NCBI GenBank assembly: GCA_964057225.1
Contig: OZ059898.1
Location: 6,510,001-6,574,000, forward strand
Source: Auanema rhodensis
Lineage: Eukaryota; Animalia; Nematoda
Reading direction: 5' to 3'
Length of the DNA stretch: 64,000 nucleotides
Below are positions 13,298-24,511 of this stretch, in pieces. The notes under the pieces were generated by a model. It was not told the origin of the DNA. It was given only the letters and a program-made list of their open reading frames with translations, and searched no databases. Position numbers and translations under genes: made by a program. How positions within the stretch are numbered: position 1 is the first letter of the stretch; the number at the start of each line of letters is the position of its first letter.

Positions 13298-15591
13298 AAA
13301 ACAGAATGATTTGCCGATATGAGTAGGTTGGAAGAAACGAGTTAAGGAAGTTTGCAATAGCTAAGTTTAAACTCGATTAGAATCCAAGAACCAATCAACT
13401 TGTTTAAGCGTATTTTCACGCTATTTACCTTATTCGAAAAAGCAGTCAACTGAGACGCCAGATCGCTTCAGCTATGTTGATATTCATGAAAAAATGCAAG
13501 AACTGCCTTAATAAGGCATGAGATGTTCTTGAATAATTCGAATGTGTACTGCTTGTTTATGAAATTCGTAGAAATATACAAGCAATAATAAATTCTCATT
13601 TGATAGCAACACACAGGAAGAGAAAGTAACGAAAAACTATTCATTAATTAAATAAAAAGAAAACAATAGCATTTGAAAATTGAATAATAAGGAAAGAGTA
13701 AATGAGACAGAAATAGCAACAGTTCATTCCATAAAAAAATATTAAACAGCAATTATACTATTTTCATGTGATTATAGAATCTTAAAAATGAATGAAAAGG
13801 TTGAAAAATGAAAACTAAGAAAGTGGTAAAGGAGGAAAAGTGGTCAAATTGAAAGGACATCTGGCCTCGCTAACTGAATTTTTCACTAAATAGTGAATGA
13901 GGTATAGTCAAACTTCACTAAACCTGTTAGTGAGCAACTTGAAGCTTCGGCAGCCAGTCAGAAACATGGCCACATGGAATCGGCTCCTTATGAATAATTC
14001 GCATTTCCAATGAGAAATCTCCGCCTGAGGGTTGGGACTGAGAGCATCTGCTCACGAGTTTAAGACTGCAAACGTTGTTGTGATGAGGTCGCTCATGACG
14101 ACGATGGTAAAATCATTGAAATGAAGGTTGATATAGAATTGAATTTTTTTTGAAACCAACATATGCTGAACACAGGATGTGACAAAAATGAATATATTGT
14201 TGGAAATTGAGTAGCATATACAAGCTTAGAAAGGCCTGGCTGAAGTTTGAAGCAATTTATATGAGTTTTCTATAGCCTTTCTCTATCCATGAAGAAAACC
14301 AGGATAAAGAAACGAGAGATAGACTATTTAAAAGAAAGAGAGAACGAAATCATCCTGGCACCCAATTGCAACTTTGCACTAGGCCGGACGCTGGTTGAGT
14401 AAATTTGTTCCAGTAGGGCGATTCAAATTGGCGCTTTGGCATATATAGGTATGTAGATTTCCATAATTCTATACTAACAAGAAGAAATCGAGGTTTTTGG
14501 CAATCTTGTATGTACGTCTATTTGCATATTAAACTGTTGCTCGTTAAGTCAAGACTTTCATTCATTCTCGAACATTTAATAAAGCTTCAGAATTTGACAG
14601 AGAACAAAATGATTTTCATCCTGAAATACATCATATTATTCCTTTTTTTTCATGTCGTCAGCTCAACACTAAAGAGAAAGAGATGAAAAACGAAAAATAT
14701 GGGAGAAAGCAATACATATACAAATGGAACAACTTTGTTTAACAAGACATTTCATTTGATGCGCTATAAGATGAAAACTGATTCGTTGGTAAAGTGATAC
14801 CTTCAACGTTAATGACAAGATTACTCTGATTCAATAACATTAAAATTGTGATATATATTTATAAAGTTGTTTGATGATTTATAATCAGCTGTTATTCATC
14901 ATTTTTTCCAACAAGGAAAGAAAGCGATTTAGAAAAGCTTCATTAGGTTAGTTGAAGATGCAAGCATAGAAGACTCCGACGTATTTAACGAACGCTTATG
15001 TAATATGAGAATATAATTAGTTAAATTAGGAAATGGTTAAACACGTTTCACTATAATTGCAGTTTGGCTCATTTTTGAAAAACTTGAAAATGAGCTTAGT
15101 TGTCGATTTTAGAAAGAAGAACTATTTTCGATCGTCGACTTTGCTTTTCAACAATTTTATTATTCATTTGTGTATTTGTCACTTCGTACAAAGTCTGGCT
15201 AGTTAGGTTAAGAATATACATATTTCGATATTTTCTTATATATACGCTTTCCATAAAATGGAAAACTTAACTAAGTAAAAACATAGTGAGTAATATAATT
15301 TATTGAAATCTACTAAATCTCTGAATAATTCACTCTAATGGCACAATGATAGGTCACATAATGATAAAATTAAAATTGTTTTTACCCTGACTTTCTGATG
15401 GCACTATCCCGGTTCTGAAAAGATACCCGAGATTAAAAAAAATTTGTACAAAACAGCAATAGTCTGTTACAGCATATATATTGAAAACTCAACAAAATAA
15501 TTAATCTATACAACCTGAGAAATAAATACATCAACGAGAATAAATATTATATATAATATATTTCTTTATTTTAACCTAGAAATCAAAAACT

Positions 15592-18500
15592 CTACACTGG
15601 ATTTTTCAACTGGTCTTTCACATAATCACATAAACTTGCTGGGCTTGTCAAAACATTTGTATTCGTAGCCAAGTGCACCTAAAAAAACTATTTCAAGTTG
15701 AAAAATAATGAAACATCATCACCAATAGTGTACTAGCAAGTGGTCGAAGCTCAGGACTTCTCCATTTCTTATTTAACCAATCGGAACAACATGCAGCTAG
15801 CTGAATAATGGAAACTATTACTATAACAGAGTTATAATAAGCTACCTCAGAAGAAGAAGAGTCATTTTGAGAAACAACTTCAGCAAAAGAATTAGATTTT
15901 CCAATGATAACACTCTGAAGCATTCGTGACATCTGGAATAAAGTCTAAACTTGCAGCATAATTAAAATTTTTTAGTATACAATCCAAAATCTCCAATCTG
16001 ATTTACTCTGTTCTTTAGTATATCTGTCATAGAATCCTTCAATTGCAGCTAATGGTTCAATTTTTGAAGCTGACGGCAATCCGCTTGAAGAGGGTAAATT
16101 GGATTGTAATGAACTTGAATTATTATACGAATTAATATATGATTGGATCATTTCAAAACCTGATTGTTACAGTGAGTTTCGTTATTTTTTCCTCTAATGC
16201 AGCTTTTTTCTCTTGTTGTGAAGTCTTTAAAGAATTAAGTCTTCGAATGTGCTCGGCAGACTTTGCCAAAACAACAGCGTTTGTTGGTTTCACACCTCCG
16301 CTATATAAATCAGGTATCTGAAAAAAGAGATGTTTTAAAATCTTAACATATGATAACGAAATGATAATTATTATAACTCAGCTTCTCAAAAACAACGAAA
16401 ATTGCTATGTTTTAATAAAAATTATTACTTACTAATTCCATTAGCTGATCGAAGCCATCTTTCAAAGCACTTCGCCTATTTTGTTCAGCATGCAAATGTA
16501 AAATCCGTTTTCTTTCCTCGGGGTGTAAAGTTGAATCTGCAGGAACCTGAAAATTCTTGAATGATGCAGCTTTTCAGCTTAGAAAAAAATACCTGCCGGC
16601 TGTTTGATCTAACCATTTTAACACTCGGAGGACCAGTCTGGGGTTCTTCTTTGAATACCGACATATCCGTTTTAGAAGAGCCAGGGGTAAATTCTAAGAG
16701 AAAATGTAATCTTAATATGTTTCATTATATATGTCTCACTTGAGTCTTCTCCTCGAATAGCCCGTGCTAAAGGACCATCGTCAGATGAAGGTGTGCTTTG
16801 ATTCAATGATGAAGAATAACCCGAATACAAAGGAGATGTGGAGTCCAACCCTGCGATCTGAGAATCGACATTGTAATTAACATATGAAGTACTCATCATA
16901 CCTTCCATTGATTAAGGGTAAGCACGTCTCCTTGCCTAGTATCAGAAATAGTGGGAGGAGTTGTTTGAGAAGATGCACTATATGATGACGAAGGCATTCT
17001 AATCCAATCTTTACCCGTTGAAACGAACGGCTTGTCTTCTTCCTTAAATATATTATAATTACTTCAAATTCAGAAATCCTACTTCTTTCATAGGGAAATT
17101 CATGTTGTCCGAACGATTTTGATGAGATCCTGATTTTATACTTTCTTCCACTCTATCTTTAATAAATGAATTCTGTTAATAAAATCTGTGTTTACATCTT
17201 ACTTGTAATATCAGCACCAAGAGGCGTAGATGGTCGCACGGAAGACGATTGTAATGGACTTTGAGAAAGCTGACCATCCACCCACCATGCCCTCGCAGTT
17301 GTAGTGCTCTGAAAAAAAATAATATTCAGTAAAACAAATGATCATCTTTAAAAATTAAAGACCATTGTTTGTGTCCCTTGCACCACACCTGAATGAGATT
17401 GCAAAAATTGAGGCATGTAGTCTACTTGATTAGCAACATTGGTTGCTTCAAACTATGGAAAAACTTAAACACGCATATTAGTGGAATTCTCACCAAAAAT
17501 GTGTTAGGTTTCCAAGTCCGTTGATCATATGGAGCTGTCGAATACTGTGGTTGAACACCTTGCGCGGAAAGCATAAGCATCTGTGAAGTTATTGATGACG
17601 ATTGACGTGTCGGCATTTGAAATGAAGAAGGTGATTGATTACTATAATACAATGAACAGTTAAAACGAGGAAAAACATCTTTAACAACCTGTAGTCTATA
17701 AGCATGCTGGCCATAGCATAATCTTGATTTTGTCTAGGCTGAGGAATATGCTGATTTGGAGGTACCATACGTAATTTTGTATTAGATGCAGTAACTACAG
17801 AGGGAAGAGGTAATGATGTAGCCATTGAGCTGGGTGGTGAACGAATTCGCATTGGATGTGAAGGAGTAAGAGGAGGGATATGAGAAATAGAAGAACTTTG
17901 GGGTGGGAGCGATGATGTACTATTAACAGATCCAGGGTCTTTTTGCGGTTCATCTATAACAAAGAATAAGTATAAAAAAGATGTATTTAAAAACCTAGAG
18001 AAGCCATAATTTCTTCCAAACTAGGCTGTAAAGAAAGTAACCCAGGCTGCATGATATCAGCATTTCCACTACCCACTAAAATTATTGCAATTTGAATCAT
18101 ATGTATAAAGAGGAAACAAACTCATTTCACGTGGGTTCGGGAACATGTATGGCTGATTCAATGATTCAAAAAGACTATCAGTAAAAGCATTTTCGTAATC
18201 ATCCTCATCATAAAATTCATTGGAAACGTTATTTTTTGGAGTTTGACTTCTCTGAATTTTTAAACAAGGTTCTCCAATAGATGTAGTACGAATCTCCCCA
18301 TCTCTCTGATAAAAATAAAATAACATGATAAAAAAATCAAGAAAACCTTTCGCTTTTGAGATGGTGTTTTATCCTTATTTGTATGGCTTCTACGTGTTTT
18401 CATATAATGTCTCCATCTTTTATACTGAGCACAAACGGCTTCCATTTTTCTTTTCCAATACATTCCCTCCAACAAACTACCCTGCAAAGACTCGGTTTTA

Positions 18501-19161
18501 GTTTCGGGAAATATTCGAAAATTACTTCAATTTTCATGTGAGTTGTATCATCGTCAGGTACTGCGAAATAACAAAATGGAGTTCGCTTTGGTTTTGGCTT
18601 ATTTCTATTACGTACAACTGAAATTATTACTTTTTTAAAAGAATAAAGAAAATACAACAAACATTCTATATAATAAGCCCGCCAAATAACATTATTTAAT
18701 CGAATACGCTGCTTCCAGTGAAGCCTAAGACCTTTGAAATCTTTCCACTTTGGAGTGGTCATTTTACTGTAAAATGAACGGAAGTTAAAAAAATAGGCTG
18801 ATCAACTTACTTATAAGCTACTTTAATACATTTATTCAATTTATTTAATGACACATCAATAGCAATAGATTGCGTTTTCTTGGGTCCAAATTTATAAAAC
18901 GTTACTGGCTTTTCTTCCTGCAACAAATCAATAGAACTGAATATATTTATTAATATACCAATACTGCTCTGTCTTTCAAATTAGAGTTATTATTATCAGG
19001 TTTATCATCGTCTTCTACTACATCAACCTAAAGTATACAAATTTCAGAAATTATGCAGCATAAGCACATACTTCAACATCTTCATCTTCATCGTCAGGAG
19101 CTGGGTCAGTATGTGGATTAGAGGTCATAAAGTGACCACTATGTATAGTTTCATGAGCCAT
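15592..19161 (-). CDS. mml-1: MondoA/ChREBP-like bHLH-ZIP factor MML-1
   Basis: N-terminal MAHETIHSGHFMTSNPH; Mondo conserved regions (TTPKWKDFKGLRLHWKQRIRLNNVIWRAYYIE, LEGMYWKRK); bHLH EERKRILHLHAEQNRRSALKDGFDQL; C-terminal WRFWI...LRPLAS. Confidence 0.95.
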
Positions 19162-20481
19162 TTTCACACAATATTAATTTAAAATTCTGATATGTATCTG
19201 TAATTGGCTACTTTAGTAAACGTTTAAGTAGGAATAGAAAACACAACAGAAATTAATTGGATAGAACTGGTAAACTATTTTTCCAAGAAAGTGAGCAACT
19301 TCTTCAAAAAAAATATTGAGAACTGTAAAAGGTGCTATCAAATTTTGTACCAATAGAGTAAAGATCGATTTTTTAGTAATCAAGTTGAATATAATATAAA
19401 ATAACAAAAATAATACAATTATTAAATGTATTGAGGTTAATTAGATTAATCGATGAATATAAAAAACAGAAGGCCTTCTTTGATGAGCGTGGTTGATAAA
19501 GAAGAGATAGACAAAGATCACGTGGTGAAGTAGACAAAGACCGGTTATGATAACAGACAATAGTTCTTAATTCGGAAAGTTGTAAAGTGTTATTAAACGG
19601 TTCAGTAACTTTTTCAAAATGAAGTAATAGTGAAGGCGTTCACATAAAACTGAATAGATTTTAAATTATTGTTGTTTAAACATTTAAAAATACAAGGAAA
19701 TAGATTTTCGCTAATGTGGTTCACTAAAAATATTAATGAATGGATACAGCGTTGGAGATTAAACTCAAGTTTAATTATGGAGAGTTAAATGAATCAAAAG
19801 AATTTAGCTTAGAAATTAAATTAGTTGGTGTCCACTTTAAAGCATAAGTATGAATATGAACGTGAAATTACTTTTATTTTTATTCACAAAAAGAATTGTT
19901 TCGTTTTTATCTTAAGTTTCTCCATCTTATCATTTTTAACCACCATTTCACAACTTTCAGATGCGCTACGTATTAATTATCATTAGAGCAAGTTATTTTA
20001 ATAGTTAAAGGATTCGTAGAGAGCAGACGCATTCACTTTTAGTGTATTGGAATATATTTGATTTGTATATTACACCAAACAGTGATGTCAGCTACAATGA
20101 AGTTATAAATAAAGGATTGATTGAAAATTAAAGTATTATTACTTCAAGTAAAAACTCATTGGTTAATCAAAATAAATATATTGAGATTTCAAGATATTAT
20201 TAAAATTAAACAATTATTTGTACTCTTCATGCAACGTTAAAGAGATTCGCGTATTTTGAAAATGAAGAGTATAAAGTACAACGCTGAAAGCAACAGTTGA
20301 AAAGTATTTAGAACAAGTTTCAGAAATTTATATATAAACTAAAAATAAAGGATCTTCTCTAATTACTGGTGTAGGAAATGTTGATGAATTAACTACTGAT
20401 ATTATTGAAAGTAAAATTGAAAATATTTAGTTAGAATGCAACTGAATGTAACTATGAAATGAGAGGAATATGAGAAATAAA

Positions 20482-20507
20482 CGCGTGGCTGCTACGTGAG
20501 CCACGTG
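20482..20507. promoter_or_regulatory. Cluster of three E-box-like hexamers (ChoRE/HRE-like) between mml-1 and aldo-1
   Basis: CGCGTG-gctgc-TACGTG-agc-CACGTG, plus a further CACGTG at 19519-19524. Confidence 0.5.
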
Positions 20508-21082
20508 AAACTTCATTGATTTTATTCTAATGTATGATAAATTTGGAAATTCATTCATGTTATGCACTACGGAGTAGTTTGGGCTATCGGTGTTTACCTT
20601 GCATTCTCACTTCCTGTACTTTCAAAAGACGATTGAAACATTCTTCGAAAATAGTTTGATTGACCTTCCGCAACACTAATAATGAGAAATGATACCTTCA
20701 CGGTTGATCTCTCACGGGAAACCCTCTGATCTTCGACTTTTTGCTGGTTTGGAGACCTTGCATATGTCTTTTGAAATTCTCTCTGATTATATTAGAAACG
20801 ACAATAGACTTTATCCAGCTTAAATGTCTACGTGCCTATTTTCATGTTTTCAGAAAGCTTGTCTCCGCCTCTCTTTCATCGATTTTGCTTGGCCCACTCC
20901 CAGTCGGTTAGGAAGAGATGTAGGAAGAGTGCCCGTTCGGCTCAGCTTATGCTTTAAAACTAAAATCAAAGAATTTTCATTATTTATGAAAATCGTTATC
21001 GTCAGTATCATTACAATGTTTCTTCATGAATATATTTACTTCTTGAGACTTGTTCTTATTCATTTTTAATATCGTGTTCAGA

Positions 21083-23051
21083 ATGGCTTCTTACGCTCAA
21101 TACTTAACCAAGGAGAAGGAAGACGAACTTCGTAGCATTGCCAATGCTATCGTTGCCCCCGGAAAGGGAATTCTTGGTTAGAGGTTTTTGTTTGCTTGTA
21201 AAATAACCGGTCTGTTCAGCTGCGGATGAGTCCACAGGATCTATGGAAAAGAGACTCTCTTCCATTGGACTTGAGAATGTTGAAGAAAATAGAAGAAAGT
21301 ACAGACAGGTATTCACAACAACCAATATTTTGGAAAATGTGGAGCAATTAAGCTTCTCTTCACCGGAAACCCAGATTTGGGAAAATCTATTTCCGGAGTC
21401 ATCATGTTCCACGAGACTTTCTACCAGAAGTCTGACGATGGAACTCCTTTTGTTGAGGTTTTGAAGAGCCAAGGAATCATTCCCGGAATCAAGGTATATC
21501 TACTATAGTTCGAAAAACAATATAATCTCGTGTACTTCAGCTCGATAAGGGAGTTGTCCCTCTTGCTGGTACTGTTGGGGAAATTACTACTCAAGGACTC
21601 GACGATTTGAACGCTCGTTGTGCTGCTTACAAGAAGGTATTTCATCTAACTCTTATAATATGAAAGCTGATGAAGTTATAATATAACCCGAAGGAATATG
21701 CACTCTCTCACGTAATCAATTTTGAAATCCTCGCTCAGTTGTGTTCCAAGCTCAGTTAGCTAGGCACAGCTAGCAGCAAGTCTACGTGCCGAATGGGACG
21801 TTTCAGCCCGAATAGCAACTTCCTCGAATTGATTGATGTTAAGACTCGGAATGTGAAAAAGAGGTCTGAGAGAGCTAGCGTTCTAACATTTCGAAGCCAA
21901 ATCAATTTCAATGTTAGGAAATGAGATGAGAAGTATAGCTCTTATATGAACAACGAAATTATTTGCATATCATATATGTTCTTAACCCCGCTGAGATACT
22001 TTATAAGTTTTGAGCTGTAAGATTTGTTGAGGAGCAATCAGTGATATTACACTAAACGGGGTTGCTGGATACAACAACTGCTAAGCTCAAAAGCACAACC
22101 AATACTTTTTCAACATAAAATTCTTTGCAAAATGTGAAATTTAACTTATTAAGGATGGAGCTCAATTCGCCAAGTGGAGATGTGTTCACAAAATTTCTGC
22201 TGATACTCCTTCTCATACAGCTCTCGTTGAGATCGCTCAAGTAATATTGAGAACACATCGACTGAATAATAATGTATGATACAGGTTTTGGCTCGTTATG
22301 CCTCTATCTGCCAGCAAAATGGACTTGTTCCTATTGTTGAGCCAGAAATCCTTCCTGATGGTGAACATGATTTAGCTAGATGCCAGAAGATTACCGAGAC
22401 CGTGCTCTCATACTGCTACAGGTTTTTTGAACTTATGATTGAAAATATATTCTTCGATTCAGAGCTTTGAACGAGCACCATGTTTTCCTCGAGGGAACAC
22501 TTCTTAAACCAAACATGGTTACTGCTGGTACTATTTATAAAAAAAAAGAAAAAGCCTGAACACTAACTAATTCAGGACAATCTTACACTGGAACTAAGCC
22601 AACAAACGCTGAAATTGGTCTTGCCACTGTTACCGCACTCCAGAGATCTGTCCCAGCTGCTGTTCCAGGAGTAGTTTTCCTTTCAGGTGGACAGAGTGAA
22701 GAAGATGCCACAAAGAATTTGAATGCCATCAACAACGTAATAGACTCTCTTAACATGTTTGTAGAAAATATGAATTTTAGGTTCAAGGAAAAAGACCATG
22801 GGCTCTGACTTTCTCTTATGGTCGTGCTCTTCAAGCTTCATGCTTGGCTAAATGGGCTGGCAAAGATGAGAATATCAAGGATGCTCAGGTTTCTCTTTAA
22901 TTAATTCAATGTTCTATTTATGATATTCAAGGCTGTTCTTCTTCATCGCGCTCAAGTCAACTCTTTGGCTTCAGTCGGAAAGTACACCGGAGATCCAACT
23001 ACTGATTCTGCTGCATCTCAATCACTCTTTGTTGCCAACCATGCTTATTAG
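21083..23051 (+). CDS. aldo-1: Fructose-bisphosphate aldolase class I
   Basis: [39 protein letters not shown]...FAKWRC...[12 protein letters not shown]...LKPNMV...SLFVANHAY. Ten exons. Confidence 0.96.
21667..22100 (+). ncRNA. Candidate intronic structured RNA(s) (H/ACA, C/D or scaRNA-like) in aldo-1 intron 4
   Basis: Only long intron (21637-22153) in a gene whose other introns are 41-48 nt. Several 7-10 bp stems, TGATGA, CTGA, AGATGA, and a hairpin followed by ACA. No family assigned. Confidence 0.4.
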
Positions 23052-23234
23052 ATCTCTCAAAGGATATTTGGAGACTTCAAATTTAAACGAACCTTTGAAC
23101 GGTTTCCGGTTTTTTTTAATGTAATCTTATTCGTATACTTGAATTAGTCAGCGAAGATATTAAATGATAATTTTAATCAGCAAGTAGTGAATTGTGCTTC
23201 ATATAGAAGAAACTTATGAATAAATATACAATAA

Positions 23235-24030
23235 TCAAATCTTTTTCTTCATATATTGATGGTCTACTGTTGTCATAGTTCCAAGCGAAACAGTAGAGAC
23301 TTTAGCAGGTGGTGGAGGAGGGGCTGGAGGAGCATAGGCGGATACCGTAGCTAATTCATTAGGATTTATTTTCGCTTCTGTTTCGACATTATCCTTAAAT
23401 TGAGTTATTGCAATAACACTGGCTAACGTAAAAATAAACCTGTATTTTATCAAATATAGGAAAAACGGAAGTAGCGGCAGTTGAATGGATTACGGGGTCA
23501 CATTCTACATATCCACAACTACGGTAAAATTCTTCCTTGTCTTCAGTTGATAAATAAGCCTACAACTTCACTATTGAAAATACAAAATAATAATATATGA
23601 TTATACTTCTTCAAACCCAAAACGTTTTATGAACTTTTCTGTTTCCAACATTAACAACTTGCCTAAACCCTTTCCCCTTTCCTTTCCCGCAACGATAACG
23701 GATTCTATCCAACAACCTTCTCTTCTGGAAAAAAATTCATCGAAAAATCTTAATACAATATGCACAACTGTAAACCTATTAGGAAGATAACAAACTCGGG
23801 CATGACCTATAAGCTTGTCTGAATCTTTATCTATTAATAACAGAGACATGGGAGGCTCTGGCCGTGTAGATTTTTTTTGAGAATGTTCCCTTGAACCATC
23901 GCTACGAGGCCATTCCTATGAGAAATCATATTTTAAAAAATTATTTGAATCTTACCTCGTTGAGAAGATCAATACATTTTCTGGATAAATCTTGCCTATC
24001 AAATAATGTAATTAACTCGTACCTGCTCAT
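23235..24030 (-). CDS. GNAT acetyltransferase, NAA80 (actin N-terminal acetyltransferase)-like
   Basis: CIDLLNEEWPRS, IGHARV, IESVIVAGKERGKGLG acetyl-CoA motif, AYLSTEDKEEFY..CGY, a polyproline tract, then YMKKKI, as in NAA80. Confidence 0.85.
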
Positions 24031-24511
24031 TGCTGTAAAATAAAATAAATATATTTAAACATACTTGTTCTTTTTTTTATATTATTACTGTTTTTATTTT
24101 ACGATTATTTAGCGGAATTATACAGATTAAACTAAATTAAAACAAAACGACTAACTGTGATGCTCTATTCAAAAAAAGAAATTCAATATTTTGCGCTCCA
24201 GTATACATCCCCCCTCTCATTGGTTGCAAGCAAAGTGACTTAGTTATTCATCATTTTATATTTTCTTTGTGAAAATAAATGTTTTATATATTTAAAATTA
24301 AAATTAAAAAAGAAAGAAAAAGTATTGTTCCTAGATAAAAGTTCAAAGCGCAACTAAGATATTCGAAATAAATTGTATTGGAGCTTGGGTGAGATATACA
24401 CCGAATGTAAGAAAGATGATGATTGTTGATTCTCTACACTTTACAAATATCTTTCTATCTTCACATTTTAAGAAACTCATTTTTTATTATTAGTGTACAT
24501 TTTAAGACTGC

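Noticed and set aside
13960-14010. SRP RNA suggested by minus-strand CATAAGGAG
   Set aside because: The helix-8 CAGG-GNRA-AGCAG motif is absent.
21637-22153. Firm call as telomerase RNA, RNase P/MRP, U3, U17/snR30, hammerhead ribozyme or an alternative aldolase exon
   Set aside because: No GCCTAA template; P/MRP-like words fall on opposite strands or too close together; no U3 box A; no paired U17 m1/m2 motifs; CTGATGA is followed by GAAG rather than GAAA; no aldolase-like reading frame seen.
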